NCBI GenBank assembly: GCA_965649765.1
Contig: OZ287750.1
Span: forward strand, 63,054,001 to 63,118,000
Origin: Bispira polyomma
Taxonomy: Eukaryota
Length of the DNA: 64,000 bases
Direction of reading: 5' to 3'
Positions 38,401 through 51,313 of this stretch are shown here, piece after piece (within the stretch, counting starts at the first letter, position 1; every line of letters starts with the position of its first letter). The translations under genes and the position numbers were made by a program. The notes under the pieces are model-generated. The model did not search any database. It saw nothing but the letters and a program-made list of their open reading frames with translations, and had not been told where the DNA came from.

Positions 38401-39718
38401 TAAGTTTATTATGAACATTGTTTCTATTTTTCAGATACCGTCCTTTCATACAGCTTCATATGTATGCAAGTTTATTATGAACTATGTTTCTTTTTTCAGA
38501 TATTGTTATTTCATATGAGCTTATACTTATGGAAGTGAATCTTCAACAATATGAAATCATATGTTGTAATTTATAGAAGCATGCGGTTTGTTAAAGTTAA
38601 TTTACTTTTCAGAACCTTATCGTTCTTCAATTTTGGTACTTTAATTCTGACAAAGGTACTTTTTGTTACATTATATTTCATGTTTTCTACAGCAGATTGT
38701 CAAGGAGTGTCTATTGACACTGTCGTTGAACAAGAAACAGATTTACAGCTGCCTGAAATTACGTACCCTAAACAGAGAAGAAGATAGTTTAGGAAAGGTA
38801 TAACAATATAAACTATGTGAAATTTTGCTCTCTGTCTAATAAATTTAGTTAGAATTTTATATAATATGACTGAGGTATGTTTTTTTCTTCTTTTTTTCAG
38901 TTCCTGCAGGATCTCATCAAACTACTAATACTGCTGAAAGATATAAACCTAATACAAAAGGCAAAGGAAAAATAGATTAAAAAGGGTATGCACTATTCAT
39001 CCAGACTACTATTTTTACATGATACAATTGTGTAGTATTTCATTTTGGGGATAAACACAAAAATTTCATATGTACCATTGTAGATTCCCACAAGATAATA
39101 CAAGACAGTGTCTGCAGAACTTCCAGCAGAATTACCCACAGGATTGACTATTCTGCCCTAAATGAGGGGCAGACATTGGAAGAGTCTAGGTTCTTCTTTT
39201 GTATTACAATATTATTGATTGTCTATATTTTATGGTGATATATTGGTAAATAATATTTGCATTTAACAATTTCAAAAACTGCAATTGTCTAATGTAAATA
39301 CTAACCTAAACTGATATATTCTCTTGTAAAATATCTTAATGTTAATATTTCTTTACACAGGATTGAAATCTGTGCCAGGTGTAAAATTCCTAGAAACCAC
39401 ACTGAAGATGAAGTATTTCATATCCAGTGGTACCAATGCTCCCTATGTCCAAGATGGTGGCACCACCATTGTCTGCCGGACATACCGATAGCTGACTTAT
39501 CTGTCATTGAGAACAACAACTTCAGATGCCCAGCATGTCCTGATATGCCCATTTGCTGTGTTTATCTCGGACATGTTTCTAATTTAGACGCAGCACAGTG
39601 CCACATTTGTTTGGGACAATATCATCCGCAATGTCTAAGAATGCAAGACCAGATCGAACTCAGCATTAACATAGAAAATGGAAGAAACTGGTATTGCTTC
39701 AGATGCCAAGAAGAATAG
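35490..39718 (+). pseudogene. Spliced pogo transposase: HTH_psq + HTH + DDE_1 + tandem PHD fingers (likely defective)
   Basis: Exon 35490-35507 (MAKTSK); 35821-36911 (psq HTH YNLPSSTLRDY; FNVDETG, LILDAH, LQPLD = DD35D); about 37149-37290 (IIPCDRN, acceptor appears lost); 37578-37746 (NPLVRQGLV..AKMLT); short exons with stops at 38.7-39.0 kb; last exon 39361-39718 with two C4HC3-type fingers. Confidence 0.82.
37860..38065 (+). mobile_element. Old degenerate tRNA-derived SINE inside a transposase intron
   Basis: A-box tggcctagtggttag, plus gtgggaaag and ggtttcct blocks resembling the younger SINE; B-box decayed. Confidence 0.6.
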
Positions 39719-42700
39719 ACTAGAATTATTAAGGCCAAAATTCCCTTGCCTATGACAATCTAATGATATTTATTGCGTTAATACCAGTCTCTTACATTTT
39801 CTATGTTAATTTTTTACCATTCTTCAATATTTCAAATAAACGAATTATAAAATATCTTTACAATATCAAATTAAGTATTCTGTACAACAGTGTATTGGAT
39901 GAAGTTTTCTAATGCTAGTTCTTAATTTCTGTGTGCTTTCACGATTTTATTAAGGTCCATATAATCCATTACCTGGAAAACAAATATGAATTTTCTGAGA
40001 TTCACGTACTATCTTGCAAACATTAACATGGCAGTTTTATGCGAAGGTCAAAAATAGCATTGACTTCTGTAAATAATTTATTATTAATAAGATAACAAAA
40101 TGAACCAGTGAGGTACAGAGAACTATACAGACACTGTGAATATTTGAACGACACCTTAGTTTAATGTTTATAAATGAAGTAGATAATATGAATAAATAAT
40201 ATTTAAATGCCTTTTATCATTAAATATTCAAGTCATTTTAGTATAATTCATAATCTGCTTAAAAATGGCGAAATGCTGTCCACTTATTATAAAATTTTTC
40301 CCAGTGACCCAAGTTGAGAAATTGGGTTTCAAGTTATCTGTAGTACATTATTTTTTTTGGGTACCAGTCTAATGTGCTTGCAGTGGGAACGACCTCTACA
40401 AATTACCGGTGAGTAGCCTCGATATCATTTCCTTTTGTTTACATAAGTCAAATGTCCGTGATTTTTGCGCGAATCGCTGTCCTCCCTGTAGTGACGTAGG
40501 TTATATAAAACTCCCAACGATGAATTAGATTCCCTGACTCCGGTTTCTTTAATGCTCATAATACTTTCCAAGACCCTAACCCCTATAGTTAACAATATAA
40601 TCATTGATTTGTGTTTAAGCACTTTACCTGCAATAATTTACCCAAGTTCAAGTATTTGTGTGAAAATATATAACACCCTTTCTATCTGCTCTAGTGGGCT
40701 GGTTGATTATTGGCACAGAATCGATGTATCTGTTTTCTTTTCCGAGGTAAACACCATTTTATGAAAATGGTAAAAATTCAAGACAGCTACTAAAATTTAA
40801 AATTGGCTCAAAATTGATCTATGTCTGTCTGTTTCCGAGTTATTCACCATTTTCGGAAAATCATGACAAATTCAAAATGGACACTAATAATTTTAAAATT
40901 TACAATTTCAATACTAACATATACCTTTTCCATTATAGTGGGTCGAGATTTTGCCAGTTTAAAAGAATCCTGAAAATTGGGTCACGTGACCTCAACTTTC
41001 AATCATTTTACTTAAAATTCATAAGAAGATTACCCTCATTGCTAAAGCAACCTTCATATTTTATTTGGTAATTCTAGCTCAATACTTTGGCTGTAAATGA
41101 CCATAGACTATTTTTGAAAAAGAATTAAATTCTATCAACATGATAAAGACTCACCCAAAGTGTGATCATTGTGTGTAAAACAGTATGATTATAAAAAACA
41201 GACTAACAGACCGGCACAAAAGTTTCAGTTTTTATATTTTAGAAATTTAATGCTTTTATAAGAACAAATATTAAATTTTATTGTGTAATAAATGTATCAT
41301 GACATATACTTTTTATTATCTAAATTCAAAGCATTATTTTAAAGGGAGTCTTCTGAAATTTTGTTTCAAATCATTGTTTTATATCAAATAGTATATACCT
41401 TTTGCATATGTGCAGTTTATAAAACTTCAACAGTGCACCACAAGCAAGCAAGGTTGTGGTGGATAATGTGCCATGCTCAACAGTAGTCTAATGTCACTAA
41501 CATAAGGCCAGAGTAAAGGATTCCTTTAACTGGGCTGTAAAGTGTACCAGTGAGTTCTATTCTCTCCCCAACAAATACATAACATTGTCTTCACATCAAC
41601 ACTGTGCGCCTCACACTCTGATGATCCGAGGAGCAGTACCCTTGGGTTATTGCATCTTCTTATAGATTACTAATGTCTTCCAACCTTCAGTGACTGCTTA
41701 CAATGAGAAGAACCATCTCTGTAGAGGTGACGTTAAATTCCACCACAAAAAACCTGCAAAACACAAAATCAGACCATCTTAAAATCAATGTTATGTGTCC
41801 GTCACAACATTACAGGAAAATTCTAGGAAATATTCATCTTCCGGCAAATGCCCATTTGCCACAGGATGGGACCTTCATTTTGACTAATCGTTTTGACTAA
41901 CCATTTTGACTAACCGTTTTAACAAACCGTTCTGTACTAAAGAGTTCATGCAACAGTCACTATTAACCTCTGTGGATCTCATCTTAGACTCACAGCTACT
42001 TTTTTAAGTTTTTTGATTTCTTGTCTCTATAGCAGTCACGACTCAAGTGGTTGGCATAGTAACCATTGGCAGCAAAGCCAGTGCCACAACAATGTTTCAC
42101 ATGTCATGGTTGGTCACAGCCACCTACTTGATAGCTGTCACAAACCACCTTGAAACTGCGATGTTTGACGTGATTCTGGTTGTGCTGTATGAGGTGACAT
42201 TGGGTAAATGTGTGTTGGGTATTACCTTTGGCGTGCCCTCATTCCAGTTCATCAGTTTCCCCTCCATTTTGCACTATAGACTTGTAATCAACAGTGTCAT
42301 GCATCAGGCCATGACTGTAGGAAAACGCTTTAAGTTTTGTGTCAGGCACAATTAAAATAATTTTGAAGAATCCTAACAACCACTGATACTCTAGCCTGTG
42401 ACATTTTGGCCCCCACAAAACAATGATCATGGGGTCACTTAACTTTGTTCTTGACTGGAACACCATCATAGCACTCACAGAGTGTGGGGGGAATATACCT
42501 TTGACCCTAAGACAGAGCGTGAGTAGGGAGATAGTTGCCATTCGGTAAGAGAGACCTTGTAGTCATCAAATGGCCTTCTGGATCCTACCTCCATACAAAA
42601 ATATCCATACATAAAAAATAAATACATAAGGAAAATACTTTCATTCCTAAACAATGGTAAATATTAGATCAATGAAGGAGAACACAGCATAAAAACATAT

Positions 42701-43606
42701 ATACAAATATATACATCGAAGGTGTGTGCACTAATATGCCAGTTAAATCATAGGGATGATTGAAAAATCTGACTATAACTGTTGAGTATTATCTTTATTT
42801 CCAGAACATGTGTAAATAGCTTTGATGATTTCATTTAAAATAAATGCACTATCATCAGTCTTATTAGTTTTGATAAAAATGTTTGTGTTATTGCCCAATA
42901 TTTGAATACCACCATTTATAACTCAAACAATATAATATATGTGCTAATGGCCTTAATATAAGACTGCGGTTTTAAGCATTAGTTGTACAAAATTGGTTTT
43001 ATTTTATTAAAAAGTTAAAAAATTGCTTAAACTAATGATATGTATCCGACTAAATTAGGCCATTTCATGCACACAATAACAAATTCTTATTATAGTTCAA
43101 ATGCGCAATTAATTAAAACAAATATGACTGGCTCTTCTAAACAACTATAACTGATTACCTTCTTGTCACCACATAATAATGGAACTAATTTATTTTCTGT
43201 CGTGATATTATTAATAAAAAGTAGCTAAAACAAGACCAGGAACGTCATTACGGGCTACCAACAGTTAGTAACAGTTACCAGGTGGAATGGGGGACCTCTG
43301 GTGCTACCACAGGAAGTGTTGGGGCTGTCACAGGGATATCCCATGGGGAAAGCTCAATAACGGAGTTATCAGCAATTACCTGGATCTATCTGGGTTTTAT
43401 TGTATCATCCAAACATCTTCGTATAGATCAGTGAATGTATGTTTGTCATTGTTAGGTGTGTTGGTGCTGCAGGTTCCGATTTCGAGTCCATCTTTGTCTG
43501 GATTGCATGATCTAAATATATGTGTTGATTTATTATTTGAATCATGGTTAAACACCTGTTGTAACTTCTTTGAGATGAACAGATTTAAAGTGTGAACTAT
43601 ACTATT

Positions 43607-43950
43607 TCTTTGCTCTTGGGTTTGAACCCAGTTGATGGTCGTTGAGATAAATATCCCTTTAAAAGTCAAATGACTAGTTCTTTGCTTCTGGGTTTGAACC
43701 CAGTTGATGGTGGTTGAGGACAGTGGCCATTTGAAAGTCAGATAACTAGTTCTTTGCTTCTGGGTTTGAACCCAGTTGATATTGGTAGAGATAAACGTCC
43801 CTTTGAAAGACAAATGACTAGCTCTTTGCTTCTGGGTTTTAACCCAGTTGATGGTGGTTGAGATAAATGTCCCTTTGAAAGTCAGATGACTAGTTCTTCG
43901 CTATTGGGTACGAACCCAGTTGATGGTGGTTAATTGTCCTTTGAAAGTTA
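43607..43950. repeat. 72-bp tandem repeat, about 4.7 units
   Basis: The core gggtttgaacccagttgatgg recurs at 43618, 43690, 43762, 43834 and 43906. Confidence 0.93.
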
Positions 43951-44949
43951 GTTATAAAATAAAACAAGAAGAAGATACCTTTATTCATAAAATGACATAT
44001 TAATTACAAATATTGGATACAAAGTATACATTAAATCATTCTGTCCTGCCAGGAAACAGCACCTATCTTCTTCTGAGCATACCTACCTGTTCTTCCATAC
44101 CTACCTGTTCCAAATATTGAGTAGCATCAAAAATATTCTGCATCGCTTGGACTTGAACCATCATGGCTTGTTGCAGGACCTGGAATTACTCCAATACAAA
44201 GTTAAAAGCCATTGTTGAAGTTGTTCAAAATTTCAGTAAAAAGTAGAATGAAATTCGAAAAATGAGGGAAAATATGTACGATCAACTCCTATATACCCCC
44301 CCCAGAAATGGCTGCAAAAAACGTACCTTGCATAAGTGAAACGTCCAAATGTGTGTAATACATGACCAAAATGTATTAAATGTATCCAAACGTAATAAAT
44401 AACGTGCCAGGCATGACAAGTGTGATTAAAACGGCAGCTAAAAATCACATTCCATGCATGTCAATGTACAGGACAAACAGAAAGAAAACAGATTAAACAT
44501 GCCTAAAGCATAATAGAAGCGGCTTGGACGTAATTTTGGGCTTACCCTCGTTTACGCTAAAAAAAATTGACTTTATTGGCGTTTCCTCATGTTTGCAATA
44601 AAAAATGTAAGCGAAACGTACTCAGTGTGACCACGGCAATAAAGATCTCATTCCACAATGGCGGAATGTGACCAAATAATACGCCAATCAATACTTGGCA
44701 AAAATGGCAATTACTCCCCACCAAATCATGAAAGAAAGCAACTAACGTAAACTTGAAACTGTTAAATACAAAATCAATACAAAGATTCAAAGTAATCTAC
44801 AATAAAATGGCCATGGTTAATTGATGAGATTATGGTTCCCTTGTGTTTGGGTCCCCCTTACGGTGGTTGGTAGGGGCTATATGAGCTAAGGCAGTAACAA
44901 TTTCTTCAAAATGTTGACCTCAGATGGTTCCTTATGCTGAGTGGTAGGC

Positions 44950-45400
44950 TACTTCACAGGCAAGTTGTTTGTGTATCTGAATCTCGCAGGTAGGTTGTTG
45001 ATGTATCTTGATCTCACAGTTAGGTTGTTGATGTATCTAGATCTCACAGTTAGGTTGTTGGTGTATCTAGATCTCACATGTAGGTTGTTGATGTATCGAG
45101 ATCTCACAGTTAGGTTGTTGATGTATCTAGATCTCCCAGTTAAGTTGTTCATGCATCTGGATCAAACAGTTAGGTTGTTCAGATCTCACAGGTAGTTTCT
45201 TGATGTATCTAGATCTCACAGGTAGGTTGTTGATGTATCTAGATCTCACAGGTAGGTTGTTGATGTATCTAGATCTCACAGGTAGGTTGTTGATGTATCT
45301 AGATCTCACAGTTAGGTTGTTGATGTTTCTATATCTCACAGTTAAGTTGTTCATGCATCTGGATCTCACAGTTGGGTTGTTGATGTATCTAGATCTCAGA
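44950..45400. repeat. 30-bp minisatellite, about 15 units
   Basis: Unit gatctcacagttaggttgttgatgtatcta. Confidence 0.95.
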
Positions 45401-46449
45401 CAGGAAGTCCTTGGTGGGAGAGCTACTAAAGACATGGCTGCCATGGTGGGAACGGGGACAGTGCACACTGGGGATAGACCAAACCAAACCTCTGTCATAC
45501 TATAGACCATGGACCAATATCATCTATTACTTAATCAGAACTTATTTCAGGTTAGGTATTTGTTCATCATTTATATGTGTCCCTCATATTTCGCTAGAGG
45601 TCTGATTCAAAAATATTTAAAAATTCTGATTGGTAAATGGTTTTTAAATAAGAAAAAAATGAGAAAAAGAAATTGTATTTCCAGAATATTCATATCTTGT
45701 CAAGTCAAAATTAGAAATCGTAAGACATATATTCAATGCTCGTAATAGAGATGCTTCATTTTTATTTAATAAATTTTGGCAAAGCTTACTATAAACTCAT
45801 TTTATATGTTGAAAAAAATCAAATAGTTTAACTTTTGGTTTGATATGTTGAAAGTCATGAAATAGTAATATTATGATTATTTTTCGTTTTGTCTGTAAAA
45901 TTGTTAATTTTGTACATTATACTTGTCCTTTCTGTGTTGTATTGTTTTACTTCATGGTAAAATTTCTATGTCATGTCAATTTGTAATTGTAACCTTATTT
46001 TTTTAATTTATATGCAATAAAAAAGGAAAAAAAACCATTTATAAATGCAGACTATTTTATATATTTTGAAATACTAGAATGCAGATTACTGGTACCAATA
46101 TAATGTTGCCCACTCCACATCAAAGTTTTAATAAGGGGTTTGAGGGCTAAAAGTTTGCTAAAATATAATAAACTATTTTCGTCTCATAATATACTACATA
46201 TTAATGCTTTATTTTATTTTATTTGTGCAAAATTTCCTTAAAAAGGAAAATTTTGATCAACCTTCTTCCCACCATTTTAAAAACTGTAAACAAAAGTAAT
46301 TTGTGCCAGTAATAGTAGATATTCTCCTTTTGATATACGTTTGCACTGTCTTTGTGAGAGTTGGCATACTTCAGGTCATTTCCTGGGATACTAGTCAAAT
46401 CAGTGCTCCTTACCTTGTCTGGACTGGATCACAAGAACTTGGATAGATA

Positions 46450-46675
46450 TGGACACAAAACATAGTACCAGTGGTCATCACTGGACACATAACACACAAC
46501 CAGTGGTCATCACTGGACACAGAACATACAACCAGTGGTCATCACTGGACACAGAACATACAACCAGTGGTCATCACTGGACACAGAACATACAACCAGT
46601 GGTCATTACTGGACACAGAACATACAACCAGTGGTCATCACTGGACACAGAACATACTACCAGTGGTCATCACTC
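46450..46675. repeat. 32-bp minisatellite with hairpin, about 7 units
   Basis: Unit ccagtggtcatcactggacacagaacatacaa, with stem CCAGTG/CACTGG. Confidence 0.95.
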
Positions 46676-49539
46676 AGCAGGGGCTTTAGCAATGGCATGG
46701 ACTCATGGTCTTACATCAGTTTTACCTGACACTGGAGTTTTAACTTCACAATGAAATGCTAGTATTGTATCTCAGGGGTGACTTGTCAAGGAATGTCCAT
46801 ATGGGTCTTATTCATTGGGCATATATTTGTATATACATAGCTCTAACATATATCAGCATGCATCTGAATCTGCAAAAACTATATTATGTTCTTTTTTGCT
46901 GTGTTGTTTTAGTAGATACTTTATGATGGTAAATATTTCCTTACATACTGATAAATTGGGCTGCAACATTTGCCGAAATATGAAAAAGGTAAGGTGAAGT
47001 GGCTTATTTTTGGAGCAAGCCATCTAAAATGATAAATTCTTTGAAACACCTTAAAAACAAAGCATATGTTAGAATAGTTACCATGTATAGCACATGGTTA
47101 TGTTATTTTTTTAAAAGTTTTTTCTTATATATATATTAAGAAAGATGATACTACAAAGTTACATAAAATCGTTTTTTTATCAACTGATTTTGATGATTTA
47201 AACACCACTGTAATCCTTATAACAAGGTCCATGTATAGGTGCTACTTTTTGAAAGCTGGGTACTTGTATTTAAGCTTGAATTTCTCAACAGATTTTGATG
47301 CAACAAAAAGCTCAGGAATCACAATAAAAAAACTTTTCACATCTTATTTTTATGCAGATTGCCTATAAGTTCATTAGGTTGACAGGTCAACAGATAATAT
47401 TTTTTAATTTTATTTTTACGTAGACAGGTTGATAGGTCGATAAACGATTTTTTCAAAGTTATAGCTAGACAGGTTGACAGGCATCGGTGACTACTAATTA
47501 CTGTTAGCGAAAGAATATGTGACATCGCTGATTGCTTGTCTTATGTCAGTAACCATTTGGTAAAAGTATATTATGCCTGATCTTTTCATTGCACTTTTAA
47601 CTTGTGCTTACCGATTGCCGTAACTTTGCAGTAGTCGGTGAACACTGTATTATGTTTTTATTTCTATTAATGTTGGTCATTACAAAACAGTGCTTTATCT
47701 GTTGGATCTCAAAATGTCTCGTTATAATGGATGTATTAACAGGCAAGATTTTCAAATACAGGCGAAAGTTTTTTGAAATATTGGTGGTTCTCATTTACAT
47801 TTGTATTCATATTTGAATTCATATTATTAGCCAGTGAGTATATGTCCATGTTTTTAGGACTCAAAGTGATAAATGCCCATATTTTTCACTGCACAAGTAC
47901 ATACATCCAGCATTAGTAACTATCATTCCCCAAACTGAAGACAGAAGTCTGAGTTTTGCAATTTATCAATGACCCCAAAGCTCTTTAGCTTTACTTGAGA
48001 CCAGTGACAGACGCCTTGTTAAGTTTTTATACAAGTCACTGTGTATCTGCCTGTTCCTGGAAGTTACAGGCTAGGGTTAAACCTAGACCCTCTGCATTGC
48101 TAAGTGATTGTGTTATTGACTAGGCCACAGTGGCACTAGACCATTTATAGCAATAAGATACATAATAATCAAAAAAAATCAAAATAAACAAAAACCAATT
48201 TTGATGCACAACAAAATAGTCTATAAATAATATAAAATAATCAATTAAAAAATGGGGGATTATAAATAAAACAGGTCTCAATAAGTGGGTTGAAACAAAC
48301 CTAAATGTCACCACACAATGATATAGAACTGAGATCATGCAAATGATTTGATGATGCAGACATTAATATTCATTAAAATACATATAAACATCTTAATTCA
48401 TTGACATTAAACAGATTCAGGGTTTGGCATTTGGCATTTGAGTTTTTCATATCACTGAGGTCATAGCTTATATTACAAGACATTTACAAACAACATTTCA
48501 TAGATCTTCATACATATATTTATATATATATACATCAGAACTTAGCATGATTTTTAACTATTAAAGTGTTTTTTCACCATTAAGAGTTATTTATTTTTGT
48601 AGAATTACACATTCAAATTGTCTTGCTCTTAAAAAAACAAGATTTTCTGTTTTAAAAAAAATTTCTTACTATTTTAGCCTTTTATTAACCCAAACTAACT
48701 TTATTCCTTAGAATATCATTAATTTGCCTTGTGCTGGATGACTGATTAATAGTACGTACTCTCACCTTGCAATTTGCCTAAAATTTTTAATTTTTATATC
48801 TTATAAAACATAACAGGGTAAAAAATAAATAAGAAACTTTGAAATAATGTTGTATAACTGCCATCAATATCTGTTGATATGTGTAGGAGTAAATCCAACA
48901 TTACAGCTAACATCTAAAACATTAAGTCAAAATTTTTAGAAAGTTCAATCCCATAATTTTAAGGACAAATCTGTTGATATTAAAAGATAACAGAGGACAT
49001 CCAACATCAAATAAAATGTATCAAGTTTGTGTTGTGTTTGGAGTTGTACAATTTGAGCCTCTCAAACACACAATTTGAGCCTCTCAAACACGATCTTGAA
49101 CTGAATTATTTTTATAAAATTCAAAATCCTACATGAAAGTCAAATTTGTTGATCTGTCAAATATGAAAGTGCAAATCCAACAGTAAAGCCCAAAAGCTGT
49201 ATGTTAAATGTGGGAGTCCACATTTTCAACTAAATCTTTTTCACAGTTGGTGTTGAAAACACACACTCAAAATGGATACTGTCAAATGGAGTTGTTTGCA
49301 TATGGATACATAGTTAGAAAACATCTTATTGGTAGAATGATTTAAATTGTGACATTTCAGATGCATATTTAGAATACGACACAATTCAAGGCTAAATCAC
49401 CCCAAAATCAAACTTAGAAGTCCTAATTCTAAGTACAACTCCCAAAATTTAACATTATCATTGTTATGCATGTCAAATATGAACAACCTACTCCAATATT
49501 ATAAGTGTTAGACAGATTGACACACCAAAAGCAGAATAG

Positions 49540-49540
49540 C

Positions 49541-49571
<31 letters not shown>

Positions 49572-49587
49572 AAAAAAAAAAAAAAAA
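49540..49587. repeat. Adjacent poly(C) and poly(A) homopolymer runs
   Basis: About 22 C directly followed by about 26 A. Confidence 0.9.
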
Positions 49588-51313
49588 ATTATTCTGGCTT
49601 GGGTGTAATGAGAAGGATGTTTTAAGGGATGCTTTTATCATAATAATGATTGCTTTAGAAACCTAACACAGCACAGGTTGTAGTTACTTGCATTCATTTT
49701 AATGCCTTCCTCTTTCACGCTTTAATGTTTTTCTACCATTTTCTTAATAATAGCTACTTGTTGGAGCCTTTCAACCCATTGGCCAACACAGACATGCACA
49801 TTTTAAAGATATATCTTAATCAGCCAATGAGAGTACAGTAGTCCAACCCTCCCGCAAACTGGGTTGCGGGATCACATGATCACTTATTTAATTCATTATT
49901 TTGTTGGCCATCAACAGTGAGGTCCATATTTCTAAAATATTTGGTTTTTGTAGGATTTTTCTGGGTTTTTTATTATAAGCAATCAAAATTTATCATGTCT
50001 TCACTTGGAACTACTGATAGTAGTAATGAACGGACTAAAATTTCGAAGAAATCGTTGTTTTGTGGACACATGATGTCTCGTTTGACAATCATAGGTTCTG
50101 CTATAAATGCAGAGAGTCGAGTCAGGGAGACGATCCTTGCTCACTTGAGAAAGATTGGCACTATAAATATCAAGAATGTTGTGATATATGGCTCCCTGTC
50201 TGTGTATGAAGTCACATTTTAATGTTGTACCTAACTCTAATGGGACAGACAGAAGTGTCACCAAATAATACAGTGTAGTTTGGGTTTACTATTGCTTTCA
50301 ACGCATTTGTGTCATATCACGATGGATAGTTTATTGGTGGGGGATATCAGAACAGGGTAGTTGGTAGATAGATTTTCTGCTCTGCAACCAATAGTTTTCT
50401 GCAAATTCACTGCCAATTTTGCCACATACACTACAGGGTAGAGATTTGGAGCTATAAAGGCAGAGGTGCGAGTGTGTTACTACCAGAGCACCCAAGGCCC
50501 CCAATAGAGTGTACAATAGGGTGAACACAGTTTGTGTTAAGGTATACAAATCGCTTCTTGTACAGTTGTCCTGAACCACTAGGTACATCTGGTTTGTTTA
50601 TGTGTCTGTCCTCAGGATTACTACTGACAATAATCATCCTCTTTACTCTTTATTATTCACTGGGTAACAGACAACATGTAACTGTTTCTGTAATGTTGAC
50701 CTTGTCAAGCCTCTAGTATTCGATTTGAACAACATTTCTTTTCTTTTTGAAAGCAAGAGAGTGTTGTTAAAATATCAACCTGTTGCAGGCCACAGTGTCA
50801 GATAACAGGTTCATGACCACAAATTGTCTTTTCCCTAAAGATCAACTGCATCAATAAGACCAATGGGTTTACAGTAGTATATTTGCAGTAGTAAGGGGTT
50901 AATGCTGTTCTGTTCAAACACCCAATTGAAAAAGAAACAAACATCAAATGTACTTGAATACAAATGTAGCATGCTCTATTGTGTCACTTTTATTGTACTG
51001 AGATTGATTTGTACTCATTGCAGTATCTTTCTGTTTTCAGAATTTAAAACAGTTAAGTGACTCTTTTGCCTGCACCAGCACATAAAATTATCAGTTATTA
51101 ATTGAATGCTTCAGATACAGAAGCTTCAAATTGACTATTTATCAACAAGGATCATATTTGCCACTATGTATGTACCTGTAGCTGGGAATACTGGGTAGAA
51201 TTGAAGCCAAGTACTCTATATTGCTAAGGCCATAATGTTGGATAATCTATGAATCCTTATATGTTTTGGCTTTCATAGACCCTGTTTGTTCTGTACCTAT
51301 TGCAAAGGTGGTG

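Larger units (their letters stand above)
35135..40488 (+). mobile_element. pogo-family (DD35D) DNA transposon with intron-containing transposase gene
   Basis: Imperfect TIRs cagagagggggacagcgattcgcg (35135-35158) and cgcgaatcgctgtcctccctg (40468-40488), flanked by TA at 35133-35134 and 40489-40490. Confidence 0.85.

Noticed and set aside
41600-41660. Hammerhead ribozyme (CTGATGA core)
   Set aside because: No correctly placed GAAA or supporting stems; the region looks like an old SINE-like repeat.
41950-44800. Possible decayed multi-exon gene or DNA transposon on the minus strand
   Set aside because: Coding-like stretches with many stops, and no motif or terminal repeat I can assign with confidence.
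49429-49641. ORF with poly-Phe/poly-Gly
   Set aside because: Artefact of the adjacent poly(C) and poly(A) runs.
50331-50716. Further exons of copy B or a separate gene
   Set aside because: Lies downstream of the inferred stop at 51314; no recognisable domain or consistent splice phases.
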